A stretch of 64,000 bases of DNA from Lama glama (taxonomy: Eukaryota). Below the pieces are notes generated by a model that did not search any database, was not told the origin of the DNA, and worked only from the letters and a program-made list of their open reading frames with translations. Where the stretch lies: the NCBI GenBank assembly GCA_028534125.1, contig CM052816.1, positions 65,102,001-65,166,000 on the forward strand. The letters are read 5' to 3'. Every line of letters starts with the position of its first letter. The stretch's first letter is position 1. Shown here piece by piece: positions 51,097 through 63,330 of the stretch. Made by a program: the position numbers and the translations under genes.

Positions 51097-53998
51097 AAAA
51101 GTAATTGATCTTTTCCTTTATAGCTTCCTCATTTTTGTATTTTGCTTAGCAAGGCATTTCTACTCCAAGATTATAATTTCACCCATGTTTTCTAATATTC
51201 CTATGGTTTCCTTTTTTTTCCCTGAACTTGACAAACATTCATTTCCTTTCAGTTGCATTAGATGCTGAAATGGTAACTACTTGAAACAGGTTTTGAGGAT
51301 TCATAAGCCTCTGTGGTGAGCTGTCTTACACATAGTCTGATAGGTTATTGTACAGAAGAGGGAAAGAAGGCGTATTCTGTAGTAATAACAAGTACAACAG
51401 CAAAAGCTGTAGGGACAGTAATGGGAAAAGGTAGCATTCTTCTTTTTTCTTCTTTGCAATCATCCTGTTACATGAGGCACAGCCATATTAGTGAATAAGT
51501 ACTAACACATAAATATACATAGATACAGTACATCAGCCTGCCTGTGCAGGAGGGGTCCCCAGAATAACAAGCGGCCCAAAGAGACCCGTGATGTCTCAGG
51601 AAGAAGAGCAGAGCTTAAGGGGGAAGGTTGATTAGAAATGAGCCAATGGATTATTTCCAGTAAGAGATCAGAAAAGACAGGGATAATAGAGTTAGAAAAC
51701 TAAGTCATCACATTCCTCTTGTAGATAACATGCTAGGCAGAAATTTGCCCCAAACAGGATAATATTCCTCTTCACGAGGGTTTGCTTTTAACTATTAAAT
51801 TTTGGTTGGCACTTTTGCTTTTTTGGGTAGACTTTTGGTTAGGTTTTTGGGGGGTTTTGGTTAGTCTTTTGAGCATGGCTCTGTTCACACCTTACTTCAA
51901 TTCATGCCAGTCGACCTGAATGTATGTAGGGTGACTTGTAACCTGAAATCTAGGAAGCCTAGTTCCCAGGGCATTGGCTGCAACTGCACAACCTTCTGGG
52001 ATACAAATCCTGTGCACCAGCCAGTGACACCTTCAATTAACAACTGAGTTGTGGCCCTGAGTTCTGTCAAAGAGCTTCTGTCCTCCTACAGTCTCATAGG
52101 AATCCCCACAGGGTCTGAGTGAGCCAAAATTTTCCCTGTTGACTACATTATTTTGTGAGCATGTTTTCCATTTTAACATGTAGTGTTTTGCCCCCTCTAT
52201 AATCAAGGTATTGACATGTAAGAAGGACATAGACATTCAGCCTTATTTTTTTTTTCCAAACTGATATCCCCTGTTTTTGCACCATTTCCCAAATAATCTC
52301 CAGTTTAATAGAAGTGCAAGTTTTTTTGATTAGAAGGGAAAAAGAAAAATGACTTTCAGATTTCACTAGATTTGGGGGTTTTGCCATGGAAGAGAAGTTA
52401 CACTCAGCCTCCTGAAAAATTCCATTTTTTATTGAGGTTTAAGAGCTAAGCAGTGTCTCTGAGTGGTTTCCTATTACTTATAAATAAAGAATTTCTTTTG
52501 AATACATAGTATTATTCTTCCTTTAGTGTTTATTATTATTATTATTTATAATTTAGGAATACATTTGTTATTTACCTCTCATAACTAATTGCTTGATTCA
52601 TCTTTATGTTAAGAGCTTGGGCAGAAATATTTTTTATTGAATGATGATGTTCCTTAAAAAATGAAGTATTACAAAAAAGGAGAATAGCTGGAGAAACTGG
52701 AGAATAAATGGCTATTGGGAAGCTAATGGATATTAAAGACAGCTTTGAGGCATTTTGAGGTTAATATAATTAAAGAACACATTTATTCCTAGAAAAGGAT
52801 TTCTCAACCAATAGATCAGGCTTTAGCAGATGGTTGCTACTGGAAGGCTTTCCTCTCCAGTACCTTTTCTCTTGCATTATGCCCTGACTTCCAGCAAGGC
52901 AGTGGAGGTGCCCTGGAACCCATCTCCCCCTCTCCTTCCCCAGTCTTACCCCTCTCCTGCTTATCTCAAGGCTTGGGGAGGAGGTGAGAAATAGTGCCTT
53001 CTTGTAATAACAGTTATAAGAAATAAGCTTACAATCTTGCTGACTAAGGATGTATATTGCTCAGTAAAGCAGTGTCTTTCCACAGTCTCAGTATGGCCAG
53101 TTACTTTGCATGTCACCCTCATCCCTTGCCAGAGCACTGCTACAGCTGAGGCCCGTGCTTCCCTGAAGTGAGGAGGACAATGATTATAATCATCAGAAGA
53201 GAGCAGATGTAATGTAATTTGGGATCACTTATTCTTTGTCCATCTACTTTTTCTGTCTATAGGATCAGACCCAGATGTGCTTCTGCACTAGGTTAAATAT
53301 AAAGCTGGATTTCTTATTAGAAAGAACAAAGAATTCCAGAAGAGGACACTCAAGAAACCAAGTTGCTTGGAGGAAATTAATGATTTCTAAACTTGCCCAG
53401 TGAGAAAATATATAGAAATGGGCCCAGGAAGTTTCTCAAGAGGTAAAGACACAGAGTAGTAAATGGATAAGAGGGACAGAAATAGAAGGAATGGAGAGAA
53501 TGATATTGATGGAAAGGAGAAGAAGGAAGCACACTTAAGTTGTATAGAACTGACCAAAGTAGTTGAAGAAACAATATAACCAGCCCAGGATTTAACCCAG
53601 GTTTTCAATTAAAAAGGGATTCTTAAGTCCATCTACCTATTTTTCCTTCTTTCGAGATGACTTTGAATTTCAGTTTGGTAGGTTTTGGTGCAGCTGTTAT
53701 TTGATAAGAACACATTGTGTTTTTCAATTTACTTAGATTGTTTGAAAAACAAATAACTGAAAACCATCTGTTTGTGTTTCTGTGTAATTTCTTCTCAGGA
53801 CAAGGACTAGGAACAGATCATTGAAAATTCTGCTAGGAAAGTGTCTCATTAATTTAAAGAGTTCTACAAACTCAGTCTGTAGTACCAGGTGAAAAGCGTT
53901 CCAAGTGCGGAGCTTTTGGGGAGAAGGAGAAAATTAATGTCTTCCTTTGCCCTTTGCGGTTGGGTAGCATATTTTTTATTCTCCTTTTATTCTCTTGA

Positions 53999-54176
53999 CA
54001 GTGGCTCTCACAATGTTATGTGCATTTGAATCATCAGGAAAAATGCATATTCTTAAAGGTCACCCCATGAGACTGATCAGTCTGTCTATGGAGGGTCAGG
54101 AACCTCCACCGTTAAACAATTCTGCAGGAGATTTCGATGTAGGTACCGTCTAAGGGCCACACTTGGATGAATACTG
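53999..54176. mobile_element. MER5-type hAT-Charlie MITE
   Basis: 'cagtggctctcac...gcatttgaatcatcagg...caggagatttcgatg...ccacacttggatgaatactg'. Confidence 0.7.
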
Positions 54177-54819
54177 CTTCTTAGACTGATAAGTCTGTAT
54201 CACATATTTGGGCAGAGAATTCAGGACAGGTGTTCTATAGCTTAACTATTACTACCAAGAACTACAAACAAACAAACAAAAATACAATCCCCAGAACAAC
54301 CCAAAGAGTATAATAACAAAGCCAGTGACTCAAAGCAAAGTAAAACGCACAAAGAGTTTCAAATAGATCCTTAGAGATATAATAGAATCTGATCAAACTC
54401 AGCTAGTGAGACACAAAGAGACCAACTCTAAGTTGATATGGAGGAATAATGGAAAACCTTTCAAAGGATCGTGGTTAATTTCCATTATTGACATCAAGCC
54501 CTGGGCTCTGGGAAGCACTATCAATTTTACAGAGTGCTAATCCGCCGCATATGGGGCATGCTGGGAACGTCTATTGCTGAAGTTCCTTTTGTAATACTGT
54601 GCTGTAATTTTGTTGGGTCTCTATTCTAATTTTGTGTGGTTGTTGTTTTAACTCAAGATTCTAACTTAAAAATATGTTCCCCTTCACTTTTTACCCCTAG
54701 CCTTCTAAAGGGCATAGTACAACTTTTCACTTGTGAAAAGTGGAAGACTGGGAGGATTTAGTCATTAGAAAATGATGGTGGCTGCAGCAGCCTAGAGAAT
54801 AAACCTCTTTCTCAAGGAC

Positions 54820-55130
54820 ATGGATCTGCCACTAAAGATGGATGTGCCATGAGACCTCATTGTGCCTCAGTCTCCTCCTGTGTAAATTGGGGGCAGGGGA
54901 TAGTGGATGATTTCTGTGGTCCCCTCTAATGCTAAGTAGGGTAAGAATGTGCTAAGCGCTTTCATCTGTTCTCTCATGGAAACCCCCACTACAACCCTTC
55001 ATCCCGGGTGAGGAAGGTGGTCCTTGGAGATAAATTAAAAAGAAGATAGATTTAAAGGGACCTGAATTCACTCGCAAGTGGTAGTGCTGAATGCTAACCT
55101 ATACCTTTTTGCTGGCTAGGGCTGTGTTGT
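54820..55130. mobile_element. MIR3/MIR fragments
   Basis: 'gtgcctcagtctcctcctgtgtaaattgggg...ggtcccctctaatgctaa', followed by an antisense MIR remnant. Confidence 0.55.
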
Positions 55131-55333
55131 GAGCTGTCTTATTTGTGATTGTTTGTCCTGGGCTATCTGCTAGCAAGTGACTTGGAGTGGAGTGTAGGAC
55201 TGTGAAGGGGAGAGGAGGGGCAGCTCTGTTTCAATCACCAGACTGCAAGTTTGCACAGATAAGGAAATATTATTGCTGGGCTTCAATCATAGACGTGAAG
55301 AAAATGGCTGCTGTATGTCCCTCTTGCCATTAG

Positions 55334-55409
55334 GTGGGGCAGTTGCGGAGTGGGAAAATAGTATTTCCAAGTGAAGTGATTTCTACCCGACGTTCTTCTC
55401 CGTCTGAAA
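55334..55409 (+). other. Candidate internal exon (speculative)
   Basis: Acceptor 'tgtccctcttgccattag|', donor 'aaa|gtaagt'; one open frame VGQLRSGKIVFPSEVISTRRSSPSE. Confidence 0.25.
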
Positions 55410-55783
55410 GTAAGTGGTGAAAGATACCCTCCTTTTATAGAGTGACCAGATTCTTAGTTTCTTTTTAAATTCTGTCGGTGAGGAAGAAGGGGCATGTGGG
55501 TGATGATGTTCATGTAATATAATATTCAGATATTGGTTTTGATATAAAATTCACCTTTAGGATTCAAAAGCCAGAATGAAGTCTGAAGTCAACTTACATA
55601 CTATACTTTCTCGGAAGAGTAAGTAAAGTGCGTGAGGTTGGGAGAGCAAAATATCAAGTTAATGGAAGTCCAGAAAGAGGAAGGGAGCTGTGACCGTGCC
55701 AGCAGCCTTCTTCTTAAGGCCTATTGATTTCCTTTAGCATCCTGGGTGCTTAACTATTTCCCTCTCCTTGCACTTGCTTTTAG

Positions 55784-56305
55784 AAAACTCCATGCCAATT
55801 AATTTACCTGACATCTTAATGGATAATTCATTAAGAAAACCTTTTGTGCCAAGCACATCATGATGAATTTTGATCGTTAATGCTACCTGGGCTCTGCTTC
55901 GAAGTGTTTTTATTGAGTCACTTATAGATTTAAGCTGTTTTCATAGAACTTAAAAAATAACTTGGGAAAATTTCAGATCAGTCTTTTAAAGAATAGCGAC
56001 TTTAAACTTTCATTTGTCAATACGCACATTTAGGGCAAAGTGTAAGAAATGTGGAGAGGAAGGCAAGAATACTAGGGGCTAGGTGAGAGAATTATTCCTG
56101 GTTGTGTTGCATCTTCTTAAAAATAAGTCTTTAGGGCTATAATATTGATGATAGTGGGAAAACAGTAGATTTGGAAATTTGCATTACAGGCCAAAGAAAC
56201 TTTTCATGAGATGAAGTAGTGAGATTTGGTAATTTAGAAAAAATGGATTAAAGAGGAACTCAACTTAATAAATACCTGAATAAAGGAATGGTCCAGCTAA
56301 AATGT
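55784..56305 (+). other. Candidate 3'-terminal exon (speculative)
   Basis: Branch-like 'cttaac' plus 'tttccctctccttgcacttgcttttag|'; tandem AATAAA at 56267 and 56279 followed by a U/GU-rich stretch. Confidence 0.22.
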
Positions 56306-56699
56306 TTTCCAACTTTCCCTACTATGTATGTACTTTTTGTTAGTACTTTCGTCTGAAATAGCTAAAAGTCTCTGTAACTCAACAGCTCTGTCTTTGATGA
56401 ATTCCAGATTCCCAGCAAATCTGCATGAGCTTTTTAGAGGATTACAAAATAGAGTGCCTAAATTTAATATAAATCTCTGCTGTTTCAAATGATGTTCATT
56501 TGTACCAAGAATCTTGGGAGTAGACTGGATTTATACATTGCTATGATTTTAAATGGCAGTTGACATCACAGTCAGATTCTCCTGACAACTTGTTCCTCGA
56601 TTTCCAAGAAGCCAGTGCAAGAGAGAGATGAAAATCAAGTTTCGGCTGCTTTGCCCAGTTGGGTAGTATATGGTGCTAATTAAGTTAACAGTGAAAATA

Positions 56700-56815
56700 T
56701 TAAAATATGTATTGAGTATGTAATATGTACTAGGCAGCCATCTAAGCATGTAATTAATTCATGAAATTCTCACAATAACCTATGAGATTGGTATTATTAA
56801 TTAGCACCATTTTTT
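56700..56815 (-). mobile_element. MIR fragment
   Basis: 'tattgagtatgtaatatgtactaggc...ttctcacaataacctatgagattggtattatt'. Confidence 0.7.
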
Positions 56816-57249
56816 TTTCTTCATAGGGTTGATTCTCAATCCATCTGATTTTCATTTATTCAGAGAAAAACTGAATCTCGTGGTCAGGATTAAATTATTA
56901 AGACCAGATAGTTTTTCACAGATGTGTTGTGTGAATAATAAAAACCAATTTGCTAAGATTATCTGAGTACTCATGTATTTGTGATACATTATTATTCATA
57001 GAAAAAAGCAAAATCTATTGGGAGCAATGATGTAGGTTTGGATGACCCAGTAGTTAAGGATCATCATGCTTTCTGAGAAGAAAGGAAATAAAATCTAGGA
57101 AACTTAAGTTAGATAGATTGTTAGTGCCAAATACTGTAGATGTTGGCTACATTTTTATTAAATCATAGTTTAAGAGGGAAGACTCCTATAAATGGATCAG
57201 CAGAGGAAATGAACAGAAAGCACACAAGTAATTTTTGTTTTATTTCATT

Positions 57250-57500
57250 AGAGAGAAGTCTTCCTTATCCACTTGTCTAAAATAGCACTTCTTCATTCTC
57301 TAACTCTTCACCTTCTTTATTTTTTTCTTGTAGTATTAATCACTCCCTGACATATTTTATAGTAATTTTTTCCTGGGTTGTTTCTCCCCATTGGCTTCAT
57401 AAGAGCAGAGAATTTTTCCTTTGTTCGCTAATGTTTCTCTATAGCCTAGAGCACTCCTTGCACCTAGTAGGTGCTCAGTAAACATTTAGATAAATGAATG
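57250..57500 (+). mobile_element. L2a 3' end, flanked by degraded L1ME (+) sequence (~57180-58150)
   Basis: 'gcctagagcactccttgcacctagtaggtgctcagtaaacatttagataaatgaatg'. Confidence 0.8.
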
Positions 57501-58224
57501 TATAAAGGAAATTTAGGTGGCTAATAAATAACTGAAAAATACTCTGCTTGGCAATAAACGAATGAAAGTAAAAACAAGTAAAAATAATTGTCATCTATCA
57601 ATGAGTGAAATATACACAAAAAAGCTGTGTGTCCAATGCTCATTAGGGTGAAGTGAAATAGACATTCATATGAAATTGGAAAACATCTTGCAGGAAAGTA
57701 TATTGGAAATATGTGTATCTTTAGAAGTATCTCTATACCATGTTTTAATTCTAGGAATATATTTAGAAAAAAATGCCAAAATTAAAAAGTCACCTTTGTG
57801 GGGCAAAAGTCTTACTCAGCACTATTCACTTGGTGAAAGTAGTGAAAGAAATAACTCATGATACATCAATTTCATGGTGTACTATGTAAACATTAGAGTT
57901 AGGTTTACTAAGTTTTTTTAAACATAGAAAAGCTGAGACCATGTTTTTAAATTAATTTTAAAAACTGTGAAAATCTGAATATATTATATTATTTTAAAAG
58001 CATACATAGAAATAATGTGTAGAAATTATGCCAGAATATTAACAGAGACTAGGGCAGGTAGGATTATAGGTGATTTTGTTTTATATGTCTCTATACTTTT
58101 ATTTTCCAAAGTTTCCTAGCACAAAACTTCTATAATTGAAAAATAATTTTAAAATATTTTAAACTTTATTTTAAATTGGTAATCATCTAGAACTGATTAT
58201 GTTTTATACTATGGACTTACAGCT

Positions 58225-58420
58225 TTTTTTTAACACCTTTATTGTGGTGTGGTCCTGTACAGTAAACTACATATATTGCAGATGTATAATTTGATGAATT
58301 TTGATAGATGTATACACCCATGAAACTATCATCACAATCAAGATAGCTAATGTTTTCATCACTCCCCAAGAGGTGAATTCCCAATTTATCCCCTCCTACA
58401 TCATTTAACCCCTAGTAAAG
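58225..58420 (-). mobile_element. L1MB/MC-like 3' end
   Basis: 'gtataatttgatgaattttgatagatgtatacacccatgaaactatcatcacaatcaagata'. Confidence 0.75.
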
Positions 58421-59499
58421 CTTTATATGAAGAAATTAATATAGTCTAGTATTACTTTTATTATCTAAGAATGCACATGTAACTTAAGAATTCTAAGTAA
58501 AACTGAATTTTAGCACATCACTGAGATTTGTAGGGGAGTGCCCACTATAGGAGTAAGAAGATCTAAAGTCTAAGGAATATTAGCATATCCTTTTAAACAC
58601 CAGATGTTTTCATTTTAGATTCTGGTCAATGAAAAGAGGTAAGTTACTTGTATTTAATAACCAGATATATATTCCCCTTATTTAGGACTAGTGAAATTGT
58701 GGTTGAATGAGCTTGGACAGACACGAGTAAAGGGTATTTGAATTTGATAGACCGGGGTGAGCAGCCTCAGCTACATGGTATCAGAAGGCAGCAGGGCTTC
58801 CCAGGAAGGGGTAGGAGAACAATTACAATGGTCCATCTTGTGGTGCTTCGTCCAGGTTCCAGACAGAAAGTTCTTTCTGGCCTTGCTTCCTAGCAGCTTT
58901 GGAGACTAACCCCGATTCTTGGGTTGTTAGACACCTTTCCAGTTCTGGCTCTGCCCTCAGCATCCCTGGCACCTAAATTGACCAGCTTGACTATACAAGC
59001 TTCTCATCCTCTCGTGATCTGTATCACTGACCAGAGACTGTGAAACTCAGCCGGCACACTGGGGCAGCAGGCCACCGTACAACATTTAATAAGAAAGCCT
59101 TCCTATCATTTGTTTCACTTAATTCAAAGCTGAATGAGCTATTGGATTTGGTTCAAAACATGCCCTAATTCTTGGGCTGGTTCTCAGACCTTTAGAAGTG
59201 GAAGTCCTTTGAAATTGAAATTGGGTGTTGAGACGGGGGGAAGATACAATAAGAAAATGCATTCTATCTGAACTTCTGCAGCTTTAATCTACTGGCCTAT
59301 CATTTGTTGAGGTAAAGGTCTGTGTGTTGTAAATTATTTCCACATAGCCTAGCACAGTGCCTGGCATGCAGTATATGCTCAATAAATATTCATCAAGTGA
59401 ATTTCAAATACTTTATTTTCTGGTTTTAATCCATTCATGTAATGGGGCCATTTCTTTTCTTTTCTTTTTTGACTTAATAATTTAAGAATACAAAACTCA

Positions 59500-60400
59500 C
59501 TCCACACTTGAATCCAGAATATGTAAAGAACTACTGTAAATCAATAAGAATGAGACAGATATCCCAGTAAGAAAATGAACGAAAGACTTGAAAAGGTACT
59601 TCACCAAAGAGGATATCTAAATGGTCAATAAACGTATGAAAAGGGAGTTCAGTCTAATCATCAAGTAAAAAGCAAAATTACAATTTAATACCACCACACA
59701 CCCACGAGAATTGCTGAAATAAAAAAAGGCAGACAAAACCTAGCATTGACAAGAATTTGGAGCAAACAGAACCTTCAGTCACTGTCTGTGAGGCTATGTA
59801 TTGGTACATACATTTTGCAAATCTGTTTGGCAGTATTTACTAAAGATGAGCACACATATCTCCTATGACCCAGCAGTTCTACTCCACGGTACATGCCAAA
59901 CACAGATGCATGTAGATGTTCATCAAAAGACTGTACAAAAATGTTCATAGCAGCACTATTTGTAGCAGGCAAAAACTGGAAAGTATCTGGTTGCCCATTT
60001 AAAAAAAAATGACTAAGTTGAAATGTATTCCCACAATGGAATACTAGCCGGCTATGAGAATGAACAAATTAAAACTACATTAAAAAATACAGATGAATCT
60101 CCCAGATGTACATTTGCCAGGCACAAAAGAATGCATACTGTCTGATTCTGATTGGACATAAAGTACAGAAATAAGCAGAATTATATGTTGGTGCTAGCTA
60201 TCAAGATAGTGGTTACCTTTATTGGGGGGGTTGGGGGGCTAGTGACTAGAGAAGGAACATGTGAGGGACTTTCAGGGTAATGAGGATACTTGTTTTTTGA
60301 TCTGGGTACTGATTTTATGGTGTACTCTGTAAAAGTTTTTTGAGCTGTGCATTTTGGTGCACTTTTTTTTGGTATGTATGCTATTCTTCAATAAAAATTT
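59500..60400 (+). mobile_element. L1MC/MD/ME-like 3' region
   Basis: 'tccagaatatgtaaagaact', 'ctatgacccagcagttctactcc', 'aatgttcatagcagcactattt', ends 'cttcaataaaaa'. Confidence 0.85.
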
Positions 60401-61404
60401 AAGAGATTTTTATCTTTTCTTCCCAATTAATTCATCAAATTTTGAAATTGAGCTTACCATGTGATTGTATGAACTTCACCCCAGAGTGTTTCCTGTGAGA
60501 TCTCTTGATGCAGTGGGAAGCATTCATTCTTAAATTCCCCTGCCTGTAATGTTTTTACAATGGAAGAAGAGACTTGTTGTTGTTGTTGTTTTAGCTTAAA
60601 GGAGCAAAGAGAAATATTTTGCTTTGAAGAGCGATTTTTAAAGTTTATTTCCTCTATATGTTTAATCATTTGCTGAACCTCCTCATTCACAGTGGGATAG
60701 GAATTTGTACTTTGTTAGGGAGGATAAAAGCAACACAGTTATCAAATAACTAAGATAAGTTATCACATAATCCAGATTGTGAACTGTTGACAAATGACTC
60801 TACATTGTAAAGACTTAAGTGATTTTTTTTTATTGTTATAAGGTTAGAAACTCAAGTCCCTATTTGTCAACACTACTATATCCAGCAAAGTGTCTACACA
60901 AGCTATTTCCGAGTTCCCATTTTTGATAAGGAGCTATGGTACATGAACACACCTACATTCTTACCTACATGTGTAGAGATAACAAACTCATAAGGTTGCC
61001 TGTTGGCCTTTATTGCGCATTCACAGTTTTCCCAACCCTCAGGGTTGTAATTGAAAAAGGCAGGAATGCTTGGACATACTCTGATGCAGGTGCATGTGCT
61101 CTATTATTGAGGCCAAGTCTTCTACCTTTGTGTAGATGCAAACCTAGTAGTCAGGGGCCTGTCATATCTATTTCGTATAAAGTACCTTCTGTACTTGTCA
61201 AGATCGGTAACTGGTTTTATAGTGACAGAGTGCAGAATTGAGCCTTCAGAATAAAAATGGCTATTTACCTTGTAGACGTACTCCTTCTGACACTCTACCA
61301 TCAGTGAGCCTAGATTTCTTTCAGAGAGACACTTTTTAAAAACTCTCACCAATTTTTCATGTTACATAGCATCTCTGCCAACTCTCCAGTGTCATTTAAT
61401 GATA

Positions 61405-61640
61405 TTAACAATAATAATGCATGACTGATTTTAACATTTACGGTTTACAAACTATTTTCCATATGAATTTTCATTTTGGACTTCGACAAAATCCTATAAC
61501 ACAGATATGTCATGTATGACGCCATTTTACAGATGGGAAAACTGAGACTCAGAGACAGAGCCTAGCTCGCACAGCTAAGATGTATCAAAGCCAGGCTCTC
61601 CAACCTAGTCCAGAGTTCTTTCTATTTTATTCCACCTCTG
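61405..61640 (-). mobile_element. MIR SINE
   Basis: 'ccattttacagatgggaaaactgagactcagag'. Confidence 0.8.
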
Positions 61641-61699
61641 TAAGTTTCATGGATATATGTACCTTTCATATCACATGATAGGGTAATAATTATTGATTT

Positions 61700-61990
61700 A
61701 GTACATTATTTATTTCATTCAGTGCATATGACATGCTTTCTGTGTGCCAAATATTAGGCTGCATATTGGAATACAATGATGAATAAGATAGAAGCAATCT
61801 TACCTTGAGGGGAGTTCATGGCTAGTGGTGGGATTACAGACAAATAACCTTCCTATTTAAGGGCATTAAATAGGAAGGTGCCACCTGTTTGTATCCTCTT
61901 CTATGTACTCTGCTGGGATATACCGAGGGTGTCATGGGAATACACAGGAAGGGCACATGACTCTGTGTCTAAAGTCTTCTATTAAATGAC
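61700..61990 (-). mobile_element. L2 3' end
   Basis: 'tttcattcagtgc...ctgtgtgccaaat...atacaatgatgaataagata'. Confidence 0.65.
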
Positions 61991-62547
61991 ACCAGAAAAT
62001 AGAATATACTGAATAGTCTAGATGACCAGTTGGAAGGGGAAAGTAATATTTGAGAAACATGCTTGAAAATTACTTTCATTGGGAAAGGTAGCTATTAGAC
62101 TAAAGGTGGATAGCCATGGTTCAGAGTCTGGATTTCAAAATGTAACCCTGAAAAAGAAAAGAAGGGAAACGGGCTTATAGTAAAAATTGAATTAAGTTTA
62201 ACTTTACTGAACACACGTGTAGATATAGACAGCTCTGAGATATCATCAACCACTCATAGTGGAACATTGCCGTTTTGTTTTTAAAGGCTCTCTATAGCAA
62301 AATTCCTTTCTCCATCTAACTTTAACCTGTCCTGAAAGAATCAGAATCCCTAAGACTTCCTGGGGCTCAAAATAAGGCTATGTTCTATCCAAAGTGCTTT
62401 GAAATTCTGACTAAATGGGAATGTCCAATAGGGTTTGGCTATACAAGTCTATCAGTCATTACTTACATGTACATCCTCCTGTAAGTTCCCAATGGGTAGA
62501 CACGTCCTTGTGCTTAACGATTGCAGGAAGCAGGTGACTGTTGAGGA

Positions 62548-62695
62548 CAGTGTTTCTGAACCTGAGATCTTTGGAAAGTTTTCCAGGAATCCTTGAATTC
62601 CAAGAAATGGTGTGCAAAATTTTAATGGTTCCTTTGTGCATTCCCCTGGGGAATATATCTACAGCTCTCATTAGAGACTTAAAGGGACCTATAGG
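62548..62695. mobile_element. MER103C-like hAT-Charlie MITE fragment
   Basis: 'cagtgtttctgaacctg...gtgcaaaatttt...gtgcattcccctgggga...acagctctcattaga'. Confidence 0.6.
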
Positions 62696-62828
62696 CTTTC
62701 CCCTATATATCCTCCCCTCAGAAAAATAATTAGGAACTGATGTTTGGTGGTGGGAGGCAATAAAACAGCTTTTTGAACATCAGATGATTTGGATACATCA
62801 TAGAAACTAGGCATCTAAAGAAACATCC

Positions 62829-63330
62829 TGTTGTAGCCAGCCTCCAAGATGGCCCCCAGTCATCCCTTTCACATTGTACCAGGGTTGATTTCTGTGACCA
62901 AGAGAATACAGCAGAAGCAATGGTGTATCACCTCAGAGATTAGGTTATGGAAGACTGTGGCTTCTGTCTTGAGTGTTGTCTCTCTGATTGCTCACTCTGC
63001 GGGGAGGGAGCTGCCAAGTCATGAAGATGCTTAGACAGCCTATATGGAAGCCATTGTGGTAAGGCTTGGAGGACTCCTGCCAACAGTCAGTAAGGAACCA
63101 AAGACTGCCAACAACCAAGTGAGTGACTGTTGAAAGATTCCCTAGTCCCGGCTGAGCCCTGAGATGACTGGCAGCTTGATGGTAAGCTCCTGAATGTTGC
63201 TAAACCCCAACCACCCAGCTGGGCTCCTGCATTCATGATCCTCAGAAACTGTGTAAGATCATAGATGTTTGTTCTTTTAGGCAGCTACATTTGGGGAAAA
63301 TTTGCTACACAGCAATAGATACCTAATGCA
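62829..63330 (+). mobile_element. MaLR solo LTR (MLT1F-like)
   Basis: Starts 'tgttgtagccagcctccaagatggccccca', ends 'gctacacagcaatagatacctaatgca'; degenerate TSD catcc/catta. Confidence 0.88.

Noticed and set aside
55327..55340. CTCF-like motif CCATTAGGTGGGGC
   Set aside because: Two mismatches at informative core positions; cannot be supported without ChIP or conservation data
55500..55590. Box C (GTGATGA) and box D (CTGA) at snoRNA-like spacing
   Set aside because: No terminal stem and no recognisable rRNA or snRNA antisense element
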